Below, piece by piece: positions 51,614-64,000 of a stretch of 64,000 nt of DNA; within the stretch, counting starts at the first letter, position 1, and every line of letters starts with the position of its first letter. A program made the translations under genes and the position numbers. The notes under the pieces are model-generated. The model saw only the letters and a list, made by a program, of their open reading frames with translations. It had not been told where the DNA came from and searched no databases. The DNA comes from Octopus vulgaris (taxonomy: Eukaryota). The stretch spans positions 111,414,001-111,478,000 of the forward strand of contig OX597820.1 in NCBI GenBank assembly GCA_951406725.2, read 5' to 3'.

Positions 51614-52183
51614 GTGTTAAATGGTTGAAAGATATTGGTTTATTTTTCTATGACACTCCTAGACGTCCTGGTGTCTATTTCTCACTTGGCAGGCACGATA
51701 AAGTGTACCACACAGAGATACAATGAAATACAGAGTATAGCAAAAAGAAACCTCCTTTCACCAGTCTTGATAAATGTTCAACAGCAAACACACAGTGTGC
51801 ACCAATTCAACCCATGATGGTAACTAAAACAAAAAAAAAAAGTCAGTAGAACATGAGCTACATGAAGATAGTTTTATTACCTGCCTAACTTTCCTAACAC
51901 CACACCAATGGCCTTGTAAAATGTTGGAGGTTTTCTGCTGCACCCTGTAGTTAGAATGGATTTGAACTTGTGATTCATGAGCTAGTATTCCAACAACTTA
52001 TTTAGTCATTTAAGCTAAATTATAATTGCAGAATTAAAAATTCATGAAATACATCCTAATTTGGAAACTGTTTGATTATTTCTCACTCCTCTCTTCTGCC
52101 CATAACAATGATGATGATGGTAGAGGGTACATAGGTTGACATAGTGAAATTCATATACTTTCTTTCTTTTTCTCCATACCCAG

Positions 52184-52234
52184 GTTATTACTACAGTATG
52201 GAATGTCGCTAGAATGGTGGTCTGAAGTTCAAAG
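52184..52234 (+). CDS. RNF181: RNF181 exon 2 (LLLQYGMSLEWWSEVQR)
   Basis: Pyrimidine tract plus cag acceptor and an AG|GTAAGT donor. Phase 2/2 fits, and it continues the LAR-LL motif. Confidence 0.8.
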
Positions 52235-53373
52235 GTAAGTATTGCAGATAAAGTCTTCATCTGTATTTAATGAAAATGTGTCTATTAAAAGATATGAGGA
52301 AAATATGCCTATCAAAAAATATAATCTATGACTGAATAAGCTATAGAATCTTATCATACAGACATGTAACAGGTCCCTGCCTAAAATTTGAAAATTTGGT
52401 GCATTGTTTCCAGTTTAGAAATCTTCAATAAACATTAAATTTGATAAGTATTAAACTGAATGACATCAGCAAAAGATGAATGCAATCAAATGCCATAAAT
52501 GCAGTTGGGAAATCTTTAGTAAATAAAATAATGAACTTTCCATATTAAATACTCTTGTCTTCAAAGTTTTAACCAACAGTTTTCTTTGGACTGAACAGCT
52601 AATTGATTGATTAACATCAGCTAAAAAAAACTGATTGATTAAATGCTGCAAATGCAGTTGGAAAATCTTTGATAATCATCATCATCATCATCAACTACAT
52701 TTAATGTCTTTTCCATGCTGACATGAGCTGGGTGGATTGACAGGAACTGGCAAGACCAGGGGCTGCACCAGGTTCCATTGTCGGTTTTGGCTTGGTTTCT
52801 ACAGCTGGGTGCCCTTCCCAATGCCAATCACTCTACAGTCTACTGGATACTTCTTATGTGGTACTAGTACCCACACCAATGCTTTTTACATAGCACCTTG
52901 GTTGTAAGATTTCAACTGTTGTGGTGAGTGGGTCTTCTTGAGTATAGCAATGTGCCACATATCACAGTCCTCAACAGACCTTCCAAATTAAGTTCTGATA
53001 GCAGCAAAAAATTGACCAACAGCTTGCTCTAGACAAAACATCAGCTGATTCATTGATGCTAGCACTCTCAATCAAATAAGAACAACAACCACATATACCG
53101 TCTATGATAGACAGCCAAATTGTATTAGTCCTGACAGATACAATATTACCCCCAAACCTTTCCATATTACATTACTTTTGGAAATCGTGAGATCTATTTT
53201 TCCGGCCAAGTGAGAGTGTGGTTGGTAGAGGTTTCTACAACCAGATGCCCTTCCTATTTCCAACTCCTTATTTCCAAGTGGGGCACAGTAATGGTAATAA
53301 CGATTTCTAACATAGACACAAAGTATGGAATTTGGGGAGGGGTTAGTTGGTTAAATCAACCCCAGTTCTAAGT

Positions 53374-53459
53374 ATATATTCTAATATTGAAATGACACAG
53401 AAGATTAGCATGACTCCTGTGCATTTGTGTATTTGGGAAGCATTCCATGTTTCTTTTTT
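53374..53459 (+). pseudogene. Degenerate U6 snRNA copy
   Basis: atatattctaatattgaaatgacacag-aagattagcatgactcctgtgca...gaagcattccatgttt aligns to U6 atatactaaaattggaacgatacagagaagattagcatggcccctgcgca...gaagcgttccatattt. Confidence 0.8.
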
Positions 53460-53625
53460 AAGATCAACTTTGTCTTTCATCCTGACTGATAGAGGCCTCT
53501 AGAAAACAGTACTTATTTTATGGTCCTCCAGAAGGATGAAAGGAGAAGTCAACCTCAATAGGATATTTTTTTTTTATATTTAAATAATATTTATACATAA
53601 ATTTTATTTTAACTCCTAATAAAAG

Positions 53626-53714
53626 AATCTTTGGCAATGAAATGAGTACACCACCAACATCTAAGAAAGTAATTGAGTCTCTACCAACAAGAAAAGTAAC
53701 AGCATCAGAAACAG
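53626..53714 (+). CDS. RNF181: RNF181 exon 3 (IFGNEMSTPPTSKKVIESLPTRKVTASET)
   Basis: PP.SK.V(I)ESLP motif. Weak aag acceptor and a G|GTAAGA donor. Confidence 0.88.
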
Positions 53715-54072
53715 GTAAGAACAGTAAAACATAATAATAATATAACATAACGATGTTTATTATCATTTTAAAGTCCACTTTTCTATTTTTGTCAGGGTCA
53801 AACAGAATTCATTGAGGCCGATTTTCCACCTGTTATATTTTAACAATATATCTATGAAAAGATTTTCTCTCAGACAAAACCCACAGCATTTCAATGGTGT
53901 ATATTTGTTAAATATGATACATAGATGGCTATGTTAATTCAATGCTGTCTCTATTGCATACATCAGAACTGATTTTGTTGCACTTTATTTGGAAAGCATT
54001 GTGGGGTCTGCAGTGGTTAAGCAATCACTCACTGGCTGCAAGGTCAGCAAATCATTTTGCAGGATTCTACAT

Positions 54073-54380
54073 CAGTGATTCCCAACATGAGGCATACGTC
54101 TCACAGATGGGGGCCTGGGAAAATTGTGGTGGTGAGTGATATCCAGCTTTTAATCCAAAAGAATCAGTAAATATTTTGTGCAAAATGAAAAGTACCAAGA
54201 CATAGCTATGTGGTGACGTTGAAAAGAAATACCCTAACACTGCCATTTCAGCAACGGAACTTTTGATTTGTTTCCTCATGTCTTATTTGGTTGAGCGTAG
54301 CTTTAATGCTGTTGATGATTTCTTTAAGCCAAGAGAAGCAAACTTGAAATTAGAAAACAGGATGAATTACAGCTGAAACA
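54073..54380 (+). mobile_element. Internally deleted Buster/Charlie hAT derivative
   Basis: CAGTGATTCCCAAC TIR followed by the C-terminal SYLVERSFNAV motif. Confidence 0.6.
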
Positions 54381-54494
54381 AAGATGCAAAGGGCATGGCC
54401 TATCTACTTCTAATTATTAAAAAAAAAATATTCACCACAGGAAGCATTTATATGTTAAGTAGCTTTACTATAGACATGATGTGAGGCCTATTAA

Positions 54495-54690
54495 CCCTTT
54501 TGATACCAACCTGTTTCAGACTACCCCTGGTTCTGTGAGGCAAAACTTCCTGTTTTAAAGTGATCAAAATTAAACTTTCCATTGATATTTCATGTTAATT
54601 TATGTTCCAAACACCAGCTTAATAATGAGTTATTTTACTAAATTTTTCAGTATTTTCAAAATTTTTCAGCAGAAATGGGTAACAAAAGGG
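54495..54690. mobile_element. piggyBac-type MITE
   Basis: ttaa-cccttttgatacc ... ggtaacaaaaggg-taaa. Confidence 0.8.
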
Positions 54691-54855
54691 TAAATCGACT
54701 ATAATTGTTGACTCTTCAGGTACATTGACCACAAATATGGTCCATGTATGTATTTGGTCATCAGTAATTGTTTTAACTAACTTAGTTAATAAATGAACCA
54801 ATGAATCCTTACTCTTCATTTATTTAAAAAAACATTTGTTCTGTTACCATTTCAG

Positions 54856-54971
54856 AAGATTCTCTCAAATGTACAATATGTCTTGGTGAGTTTGAGGAAA
54901 ATAATGAAATAAAGACTTTACCTTGCAACCATCAGTTTCACAGTACTTGTATCCTACCATGGTTAGAGAAG
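54856..54971 (+). CDS. RNF181: RNF181 exon 4, RING-H2 N-half (EDSLKCTICLGEFEENNEIKTLPCNHQFHSTCILPWLEK)
   Basis: CxxC...CxHxxHxxC..W RING-H2 pattern. ttcag acceptor and GTGAGT donor. Confidence 0.96.
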
Positions 54972-55287
54972 GTGAGTGTCAACAACATCATCATCATCAT
55001 CATCATATTAATGTCTACTTATTCTTTCTTACATGGATCCAGCAGAATTTATTGAGGTGGATTTTTTAGACAGATGCCTTTCCTATCACCAATCCTCACT
55101 TGTTTCCAAACAAAGTTATATTACATGTAGTCTATCAAACGACAAAACAACCTAGGCATAGTTACGAGCGTCTTAAGATGATCATGCAACATGACAAGAT
55201 GCATCAAGAAACCCATGTGTTTTCATGGCTATCCTAATTTCTACATGCATTAACACATGTCCTGATACTCTACATACATTAATATCT

Positions 55288-56241
55288 TCATCATCATCAT
55301 CATCGTTTAACGTCCGCTTTCCATGCTGACATGGGTTGGACGATTTGACTGAGGGCTGGCAAACCAGATGGCTGCGCCAGGCTTCAATCTTGATCTGGCA
55401 GAGTTTCTACAGCTGGATGCCCTTCCTATTGCCAACCACTCCAAGAGTGTAGTGGGTGCTTTTATGTGCCACCAGCACGGGGCCAGTCAGGCAGTACTGG
55501 CAACGACCTCGCTCGAATCTTTTTCACATGCCACCGGCACAGGTGCCAGTAAGGTGATGCTGGTAACGATCACGCTCGAATGGTGTCTTTTACATGCCAC
55601 CGGTACGGAGGCCAGATAGCTGCTCTGGCAATGATCATGCTCGGATGGTGCTCTTAACACTCTACTAGCACGGGGCTCAAGTGCCAGTAAGGCGACACTG
55701 GTAACGATCACACTCGAATGGTGCCTTTTATGTGCCACTGGCACAGAAGCCGGTTAGCCGCTCTGTCAACAATCACACTTGCATGGTGCTCTTTGCACCC
55801 TGCTAGCACGGATGCCAGTCATCGATTTTGATTTTGTTTTCACTTGCCTCAACAGGTCTTCACAAGCAGAGTTTTAGTGTTGAAAGAAGGAAAAGGTACA
55901 CATAAGTGGTTATGCTCCTGGCATAGGCCACGAAGTTATGGTCTCATTTGGCTTGTCGGGTCTTCTCAAGCACAGCATATTTCCAAAAGTTTCAGTCACT
56001 AGTCATTTCCTTGGTGAGGTCTAAAGTTCAAAGGTCGTGCTTCACCACTTCATCCCAGGTCTTCCTGGGTCTTCCACAGGTTCCCTCAACCGCTAGGGTG
56101 TGGAACTTTTTCACACCTATCCTCATCCATTCTCGCCACATGACCATGCCAGCGCAAACGTCTCTCTTGCACACCACATCTGATGCTTCTTAGGTCCAAC
56201 ATTTCTCTCAAGGTACTTACACTCTGTCGAGTATGCACACT
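55288..56241 (-). mobile_element. 5'-truncated RTE family-A copy with TSD in RNF181 intron 4
   Basis: (tca)n tail and RT C-terminus. Flanking tacatacattaatat / tacaaacattaatat duplication. Confidence 0.92.
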
Positions 56242-56335
56242 ACAAACATTAATATGTGTCCTAATATTCTACATGCATTAATACATGCCTTATATATTTC
56301 CTGACACAATTTTAAATTGCTTCACCTTTCTTTAG

Positions 56336-56410
56336 GTTAACACATGTCCAATGTGTCGGACAGAATTCCCAACAGACAATCCAGAGTATGAAGAATACCG
56401 GGCTCACAAG
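56336..56410 (+). CDS. RNF181: RNF181 exon 5 ([25 protein letters not shown])
   Basis: CPxCR RING end followed by the PTD..YEE motif. tttag acceptor and GTAAGT donor. Confidence 0.96.
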
Positions 56411-56927
56411 GTAAGTTTTTTTCATATGTGAGTAGTTATTTCTACAATACAGATGTTAGGCTATATTTTATACAGTAGTGAATGTTCTGGCTATTTATAA
56501 ATAATCACATTGGTTCTTGATAAAAATTTACTTTCAAATTTTACTTAATATTTTTCAATTTGAAAAGACAGATAGATAAAAAAAAAGGCTGTTTTCCTCA
56601 AACATGAAAATCATGAAAGGAAAAAAAAATTAAAGTAGATATATATTTTTCAATTTGAAATTATTTAATATTCAGTGAAAAAAAAAAGATAAAATTGAAT
56701 AAAGTGGATATAACATTTATAATGTACATACAAGCATTGAATAGCTCTAACAGTAATATTTTGTCTCAGACAAACTTCTCAAAGAGACTTGTATTTCTTT
56801 GATAAGGTTTCTCTAAGACAAAATGTTACAAATAGTGCCATTATAGTTTTGTATGTACATTATGCTTTAACCATCATTCTTTTAATCTAGTGCTGTTTCA
56901 AGTGTGTATATTGATTTAGATAAAATA

Positions 56928-57281
56928 GGTGCAGCCATGGCTGTGTGGTTGAGAAATTTGCTTCTTAATCACCTAACTAGTCTTGACCTGACCAAAGCCT
57001 TGTGAGTTGGTTTGATAGACAAAAACTGAGAGGTAGCTATTGTATATATGTATGTGTGAATGTATTTGTATGTAAGTGTGAAATTGTAAGACAGTTGTGA
57101 GTGTCACTCTCATACAAGCAGTTTCATTCATTTCCATCTTCTGTGAAAGTATGTCAGGCCATGGGGAAATACTACCCTGCATGGAAACAGGTGAGGGTTG
57201 GCAACAGAAGGGGCATCCTACCATAGAAAATCAGACTCAATAAATTCCATCCAATCCATGCAAACATGGAAAAGTGGACAT
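56928..57281 (+). mobile_element. tRNA-SINE with RTE-like tail
   Basis: Head ggtgcagccatggctgtgtggttgag and tail ...catggaaaagtggac. Confidence 0.75.
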
Positions 57282-58494
57282 GCTTACATGGATTGGATGG
57301 AATTTATTGAGGTGATGGAAAAGATTCCTTCGCAAGCAACCAGTAAAAATTGAACCAACATCTTGTTGATGCCTTGAAGCATTGACCTGAATTTAATATC
57401 AAAATAATCCATTCAGTAACTACATTCTGAAATAGAATATTGTTTTTAAAATTATAGTCCACTTGTGTACTACCGAGATGGAGGGAGATACAACTCTGTT
57501 TACAATCACTTTTGTGCCCTCACCATCTTGGAGGTACATAACTGAACTAGAGATTTAAAATAGGAAAAAAAAAACCTGTTCAGAATTAAGATAATCTGTG
57601 TAAGGGATTATTTGACTGGTGAACTGGGAGTCAATATTTGAAGTAGATAATACACCATGACATTAGCTAGAAGGTGTTAATTCAATTCTCCTTGGTTACT
57701 AATTTTGTTTTCTCATTTTCTTTCAAGTCTTTCACATGTGTATCACATTTTGTTTTAACATTCAGTTGTAGATTAATCCTTGAAAATGATCAAATTTAAT
57801 TATTATTGATCAACGGAAGGGAAATTACTGAGTGAATGGCAAGTTTGGATGTCTTTGATAAACTAGGCAAAATAGTTACTTGTCATATCCTTGCCCCAAA
57901 TTGATGATATTTTGCTGATATTTTATATAACATCGTTCTCATGAGAGTGATGGAGTAGCATAAGCAGTTTGAGTGCAAGGCTAAAAGTTTTGCTGTTGTT
58001 ACTAACACTCGTTTATGATTTTAGAGATCAAAAGCCACTGGGACTGACTTTGTCATTAATTAGAAACTCTTCTTCAACATTTTGTGGCCTTTGATTGATA
58101 TAAGAAATCATCATCATTGTGGGGTTCTTTTGATTTAATTTTTTTTTTATGTTCATAGGGACTGGGTATTTTTCAATACAGCATCCCTATATATTTCTCA
58201 GTCACATAACATCTGTAATGCATATAATTCTTCCTCACATCTGACCTAATTACTTCGTCCCAGATCTTCCTTAGTCTGCATCCACCACACTACTATAGAT
58301 AGCTTTCACCATCAGTGCACAGAACTTTTTGATCAATTTTGTATTTCATACCATCAGTCACTGGTCCAAATCCATATCCTCAAACATTGTTGATGAGGAT
58401 AATGACATTGGGGATGATGATGTGTAATTAATCAATTATTTCAACCTTCCTCCTTCCATTTCTCAACTAAACCATTTTCTCTTTTCTATTGCAG

Positions 58495-58554
58495 GCTCGC
58501 CAGAAACAGAGAGATTTTGAACTTGATTCTTTACATAATTCCATGTTTGGTTGA
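58495..58554 (+). CDS. RNF181: RNF181 terminal coding exon (ARQKQRDFELDSLHNSMFG*)
   Basis: gcag acceptor. The LH.SM(F/Y) C-terminus is typical of RNF181. AATAAA near 58585. Total CDS is 471 nt. Confidence 0.95.
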   Translation, partial: ARQKQRDFELDSLHNSMFG

Positions 58555-58757
58555 CTTAAACCCTGTATAAAGGCTTTGTTAAGAAATAAATCAAATATAA
58601 AACTCACACTTTTAAGTAGATTTCACTATTTTCCTTGTCTCTTTTTTGTGACTCACAGTGGCTATAAGGTGTACTCAACAGCTAACCACAAGGTTATGAG
58701 TTTAAACTTTACAACAGCTGTAACATGATGTTATTAAGTAAGGCACAACACACTTAA

Positions 58758-58979
58758 CCCTTTCGTTACCATATTTATTTTGAGATGCTCAATGTTTCTT
58801 TCAATTAATTTTAAATATAACAAAGAATTTAGTAAAATAACTTAGTTATCATTAAGCTAGTGTTAAGAACATAAATTGTGACTAAGGTTTGGTGGGAGAT
58901 TTTAATTCAAAACTTATGAAAACAAAACATTTGTACTACAGAGCCAGAGGTGGTTTCAGCCGTGTTGGTAACAAAAGGG
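58758..58979. mobile_element. piggyBac-type MITE just 3' of the RNF181 stop
   Basis: TTAA-ccctttcgttacc ... ggtaacaaaaggg-TTAA. Confidence 0.88.
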
Positions 58980-59552
58980 TTAAGTTTGTCTACTCTGACA
59001 TAATAGGCATCACTTTCTGCTTTACAATTAAAAGGGAGAAAATGTCCAGCTGTAAAAATAACTGCACCAATAAAGTAGTCTCTCAGACTGCTAGAAATAG
59101 GTGTAAATCTACCTCAAATCACAACCTATGCTCTTAAAAACAAGTAGTTCACATTGAATATTTTGTACTAGATACATTCTGTGAAGAAATGAAGGCTTAG
59201 AACATCTTTTATCATTAATCTGGTTGATTGGTGTTGACCTGAAACTAAAATAATGACTCAGCTGCACCTACAAAAGCAGATTGGATAATAAGAGAAAGCA
59301 ACAGGCTCAGGTTGACACGCTCTCCAATCATACGATGAAATACTGCATGTCAAAGTGTATAGTCAACTGATATATGTACACAATGGATTTGTGGTTGCAC
59401 CAAGTTGGCTTGATCAGAGCTGACCATTCCACCAAATTAACTATGGAAAAATTATGATGTAAAATAACTGAGGGAGGAAAAGATATTTTCATGTTATTTC
59501 TTTTTTAGATATGGCAGTCACACTTCCTGTATAACTGCTGCAGGATGTTTAA

Positions 59553-59757
59553 CCCTTTAGCATTCAGATTATGCTTATTTATTTACATTGTTTTGAATTA
59601 ATCATGCATTATCTTGTGGCTTGAAGATTTTGATGATGTGATTGTTTAGTTCTAGTATGACATTGAGAGGCAAATATAAGATGTTGGACCTGGTCAGTTT
59701 GAACATAAAAGAGGCAGAATGTTTTGGCTGGACATGGCTGGTTTAATTGCTAAAGGG
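59553..59757. mobile_element. piggyBac-type MITE, second family
   Basis: TTAA-ccctttagca ... tgctaaaggg-TTAA. Confidence 0.88.
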
Positions 59758-60530
59758 TTAATTTTCTGCATAGCTGTGGTAGCATGTCTCACTTCCTGTA
59801 GTATTGTGGTTGTGTGTCTTACTTATAATCTAACAATATTTGAACTATTATCTACATCAAAACCTGTTTCTAGCATAGTCATGTTCATATTCCTTTCAGT
59901 TTCTAACTTGCTGTTTTATCACAACAATGTTTCTCATTTCCTGTTTAGCAATGACAGTGTTTTGTCTTATTTTAATGGGTAGAGCCATAGTCAAATATGT
60001 TCTTCTTTAACCATGATAGCATTGCATATTTTTGGTTTAGTACTGTCAGTGTTGTTTACTTCCTGTTTAATTGTAGTATGTTACTTATTCCTAGTTTATA
60101 CATGGTACCATTCCTTTTCTTCTTTTTTAAATACCATATTTATTTAAAGGAAAAGAACAAGCATGGTCATGTGATTTCCATAGTGTAAACTGGCAAGCTT
60201 TTACAGCCTACATTAGTAAAGTTCAAAAGGTTATCTTCAAGTTTGCTTTTTATTTTGTTTTGTATGCATGAACTTTCAGTGAATTTAAACAGCAATTGCA
60301 GTACATTTAACTAAACATTCTTTTCTCTGTACATCATATTAAAGAAGAGTCAGTGCTTAACATAAAGAAAATATATTTTTCAAGGACTTCATTGCTCATA
60401 ATTATGGCTGTGCATGACACATTAGTGTGTATTACATCCAAATAAATACAGTATTTGACAAAAACATTTTGGTTGTGTTCAATTACAGGAACTTTACAGC
60501 ACCTCTTTGTAAATATATAATATGTATATA

Positions 60531-62678
60531 TTAAGGGTATGATTGAAGCAATTAAGGGTATGAAGCCAGGAAAAGCCCCTGGCTCTAAGCAATTAAGGGT
60601 ATGCAGCCACGAAAAGCCCCTGGCCCATCAGGAATCACTGCTGAGATGCTTAAAACATCTGGTGGTGTGGGCTATGGCCTAGTCAACCGCATTGTAAACC
60701 AGGTAGTTCATAATGGAGTCATACCCAATGACTGGCGTAGCAGCACCATAGTCAATTGCTACAAGGGTAAAGGTGATGCTCTAGATAGGAATAACTACAG
60801 GGGTATTAAACTGCTGGATCAGGTGATGAAGGTCACAGAGAGGGTCATAGCCCTTCTCATTAGGGAAAGAGTCTGCTAAGATGAGATGCAGTTTGGTTTT
60901 GTGCCAGGTAGAAGCACCACTGATACCATATTCCTGGTTCAACAACTGCAGGAGAAATACCTAGCTAAAGATAAACCCCTCTACATAGCTTTCGAGGACT
61001 TGGAGAAAGCCTTTGACAGGGTCCCCTGATCCCTTATCTGGTGGGTGATGCGGAAACTGGAGATTGACGAATGGTTAATAAGGGCTGTACAGGCCGTCAG
61101 CAAGGTTAGGACTGGCAATGAGTATAGTGAAGAATTCCAGGTAGAAGTAGGAGTCCACCAAGGTTCAGCCCTCAGTCCCCTTTTATTCATCATAGTCCTC
61201 CAGGCAATAACAGGAATTCAAGATGGGTTGCCCCTGGGAGCTCCTCTATGCTGATGACCTGGCCCTCATAGCAGAATCACTACTGGAACTAGAAAAGAAA
61301 CTTCGGGTGTGGAAGCTAGGTTTAGAATCAAAAGGCCTTAGAGTCAATGTAGCAAAGACCAAAGTTCTAGTAAGTAGGAAGGCAAACACACCACACACCA
61401 CTTCAGGTAGGTGACCCTGCTCGATCTGTAGAAAAGGTGTAGGTAGAAACTTCATAAGATGTACCCAGTGTAAGCTATGGACACATAAGAGGTGCAGCAC
61501 CATCAAAGGAAAATTAACTGAGAAGATAGCTTTTGTGTGCGGCAGATGCACCGGGGCAATAGACACCATTGATACTCAGAAAACAGATTCCATTACACTC
61601 CTAGAGGAAAAACTAGAAGTAGTTGATAGCTTCCGCTACCTAGGTAACCAAGTTAGTAGTGGGGGTGGATGCTCAGAGAGTGTTACCTCTAGTATAAGAA
61701 TAGCCTGGGCAAAGTTTAGAAAGCTCCTACCCCTACTGGTGACAAAGGGTCTCTCGCTCAGAGTGAAAGGTAGATTGTACGACATGTGTGCAAACTGCCA
61801 TGCTTCACGGTAGTGAAACATGGGCTGTGACTGCAGAGGACATGCATAGACTTGAAAGAAATGAAGCTAGCATGATCTGCTGGATGTGTAATGTCAGTGT
61901 GCATACTCGACAGAGTGTAAATGCCCTGAGAGAAATGCTGGACATAAGAAGCATCAGATGTGGTGTGCAAGAGAGACATTTGCATTGGTATGGTCATGTA
62001 CTACGGACGGATGAGGAGAGATGTGTGAAGAAGTACCTGTCCCAAACAGTTGAAGGAATCCGGGGTAGAGGTAGACCCAGGAAGACATGGCCTTCAAATG
62101 TTGGGTCTCACAGAGGCAATGACGAAAGACCAAGACCTCTAGAGATATGCTGTGACTGCGAAGACCCAACAAATAACGTGAGTTCATGGCTGTTTCCTAC
62201 ACCAGCTTCACGTAGAAGCCCCAGCCCATCCAAAGTGCCTTGGATCGCAGGACGGACTGCTGTGCTTACCTTGGATCATAGGGTGACCTGCTGTGCTTCA
62301 GGAGACCTATTGAGTCAAGTACATCAATATCAAAAAATCAAATGGAAATTGTAGTTGTGATACCTGTACCGGTGACATGTAAAAAGCACCATCCGAATGT
62401 GGCCAATGCCAGCACCATCTTGACTGGCTTCTGTGCCTGTGGCACGTAAAAAGCACCAACCGATCGTGGCCATTGCTAGCCTCACCTGGCATGTGTTGGC
62501 TCGTAAAAAGCACCCACTACACTCACGGAGTGGTTGGCATTAGAAAGAGCATCCAGCTGTAGAAACACTGCCTGATCAGACTGGAGCCTGGCGCAGCCTC
62601 CTGGCTTCCCACACCCTGGTCAAACCGTCCAACCCATGCTAGCATGGAAAACGGACGTTAAACAATGATGATGATGAT
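60531..62678 (+). mobile_element. 5'-truncated RTE family-A LINE
   Basis: Same RT motifs as the copy at 1-3025 (LLYADDL). (GAT)n tail. Confidence 0.95.
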
Positions 62679-63022
62679 ATACATGTATGTGTGTGTGCAT
62701 GCATGGTTGTGTCCTTTTGTCTTGACATCATGTGATTGTTGTAAACAAGTGTTACCATCATATAAGCAGTGTTCCTCATTTTCAATCTTTTATGAAAACA
62801 TACCTGATCACGGAATATACATTGCTTGGAAACAGGTGAGGCAGGAAGGGCATCTGGCTGTTGAAAATCTGCCTCAAAAAATTCCATTCAACTCACATGA
62901 GTTATGGACTTTAAAACAATGACAATGATGTTGATGATGATACCTATGTATGTGTGTACATCACACACACACACATGTATGTGCATCACACATACATACA
63001 TTTTTATAAATGTATGCATGTA

Positions 63023-64000
63023 CAGGGTGTGGGGGGTAAATTGTTGCCATTTTATATTTTTAATTTCTCGCATGCACATTGTTTGTTTTTGATTTTGTTG
63101 ACTACACAGTATAGTAGGGTCAGTTGAGCACAGTCTGTGAGAAAAACAGCACCATGACACAATTCACTCTGCCAGAAATTTGGAAACAAAATGCTACACT
63201 GCTTGGCATTCATGCCAGAAGCACCAATACAAATGTTTCAGAGTGTTTGGGTGTGAATCTGAGGACGGTGCAGAGGATTCGGAAAGAGCTGGATGAGTCT
63301 AATGCTGATTATGAAGGTATGGCAGCTTGGAAAACTCACTCTGATTGTTCTGATAAGAAAAGAACTCCTGAATTTGTTGGTGAGATCCAGGCCATGATTG
63401 ACAATGATCCTTCCAAGTCAGTCAGGTCCATTGACAGGGACATGAGAGTGTCTGAGTTTCTTATCAGGCAGGTAGTGCATGAAGACATTTGGCATTCCTC
63501 ACACAAGATGAGAAGAGGCCAATTTTTATCCCAAGCCATCAAGGACAAGAGGAAAGATTGTGCTATGAAGCTTTTGAGCAAACTTAAGTATCCCCTTCAA
63601 CCGAACGTGCTTTGGTTTTTCTCAGACAAGAAAAATTTCTGCCAGGATCAGATGGTGAACACACAGAACAACCATTGGTTTGCTGTGTCCCTAAAACATG
63701 TACCAAGAGTGATAACAAATCAAACATGCAGTCAACATCATGGCGTTTGGAGTGATCACCTGTGATGGCAACGTTATGCCTCCATTCATCTTCCCACACG
63801 GCCTCAGACTTAACATGGAGGCCTACATCCAGTGCCTGGAGGAAGTAGTGCTGTCTTGAGTCAAGAGGGTGGCTGCTGGAAGACCCCCATGTCTAGTAAC
63901 AGGACTCTGTACCTTGCCACACAAGCAGGAGAACCCAGTCATAGCTGTCAGACAATTTCTACGACCACATCACCCCTAACATCTGGCCAACTAACTCCCC
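63023..64000 (+). mobile_element. Tc1/mariner superfamily, maT (DD37D)-like element, runs off the window end
   Basis: TA-CAGGGTG TIR, N-terminal HTH, WFFSDKKNF, QDSVPCH and WPTNSP motifs. Frameshifted. Confidence 0.88.

Noticed and set aside
53374-53459. Functional U6 gene
   Set aside because: It lacks the 5' stem-loop, the ACAGAGA box and internal stem-loop are damaged, and no clear PSE/TATA is present.

Overview
AT-rich, repeat-dense eukaryotic (metazoan) DNA. The SINE/RTE repertoire suggests a cephalopod such as Octopus, which is an inference only. Two intact spliced host genes, assembled by hand with checked splice sites and phases, are divergently oriented: BLOC1S2 (minus strand, 5 coding exons, 27592->11795, 151 aa) and the RING-H2 E3 ligase RNF181 (plus strand, 6 coding exons, 38968->58554, 156 aa, with a GC-AG first intron). 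Almost everything else is decayed transposon DNA: RTE LINEs of two families, a Tx1/L1 LINE, CR1, Penelope-like (PLE) pieces, Ty3/Gypsy, two piggyBacs, two hATs, maT/mariner, a Helitron end, MITEs, tRNA-SINEs and microsatellites. The most notable non-coding signals are: (1) an apparently intact minimal hammerhead ribozyme, plus decayed cores, in PLE-type inverted repeats between the genes; (2) an ~815-bp palindrome with telomere-like repeats just upstream of BLOC1S2; (3) a U6 snRNA pseudogene in an RNF181 intron; (4) retroelements sitting in (AAT)n arrays; (5) a PHD-like finger inside the RTE reverse transcriptase. No CRISPR, rRNA or tRNA genes were found. I could not establish a new multi-gene system from the sequence alone.
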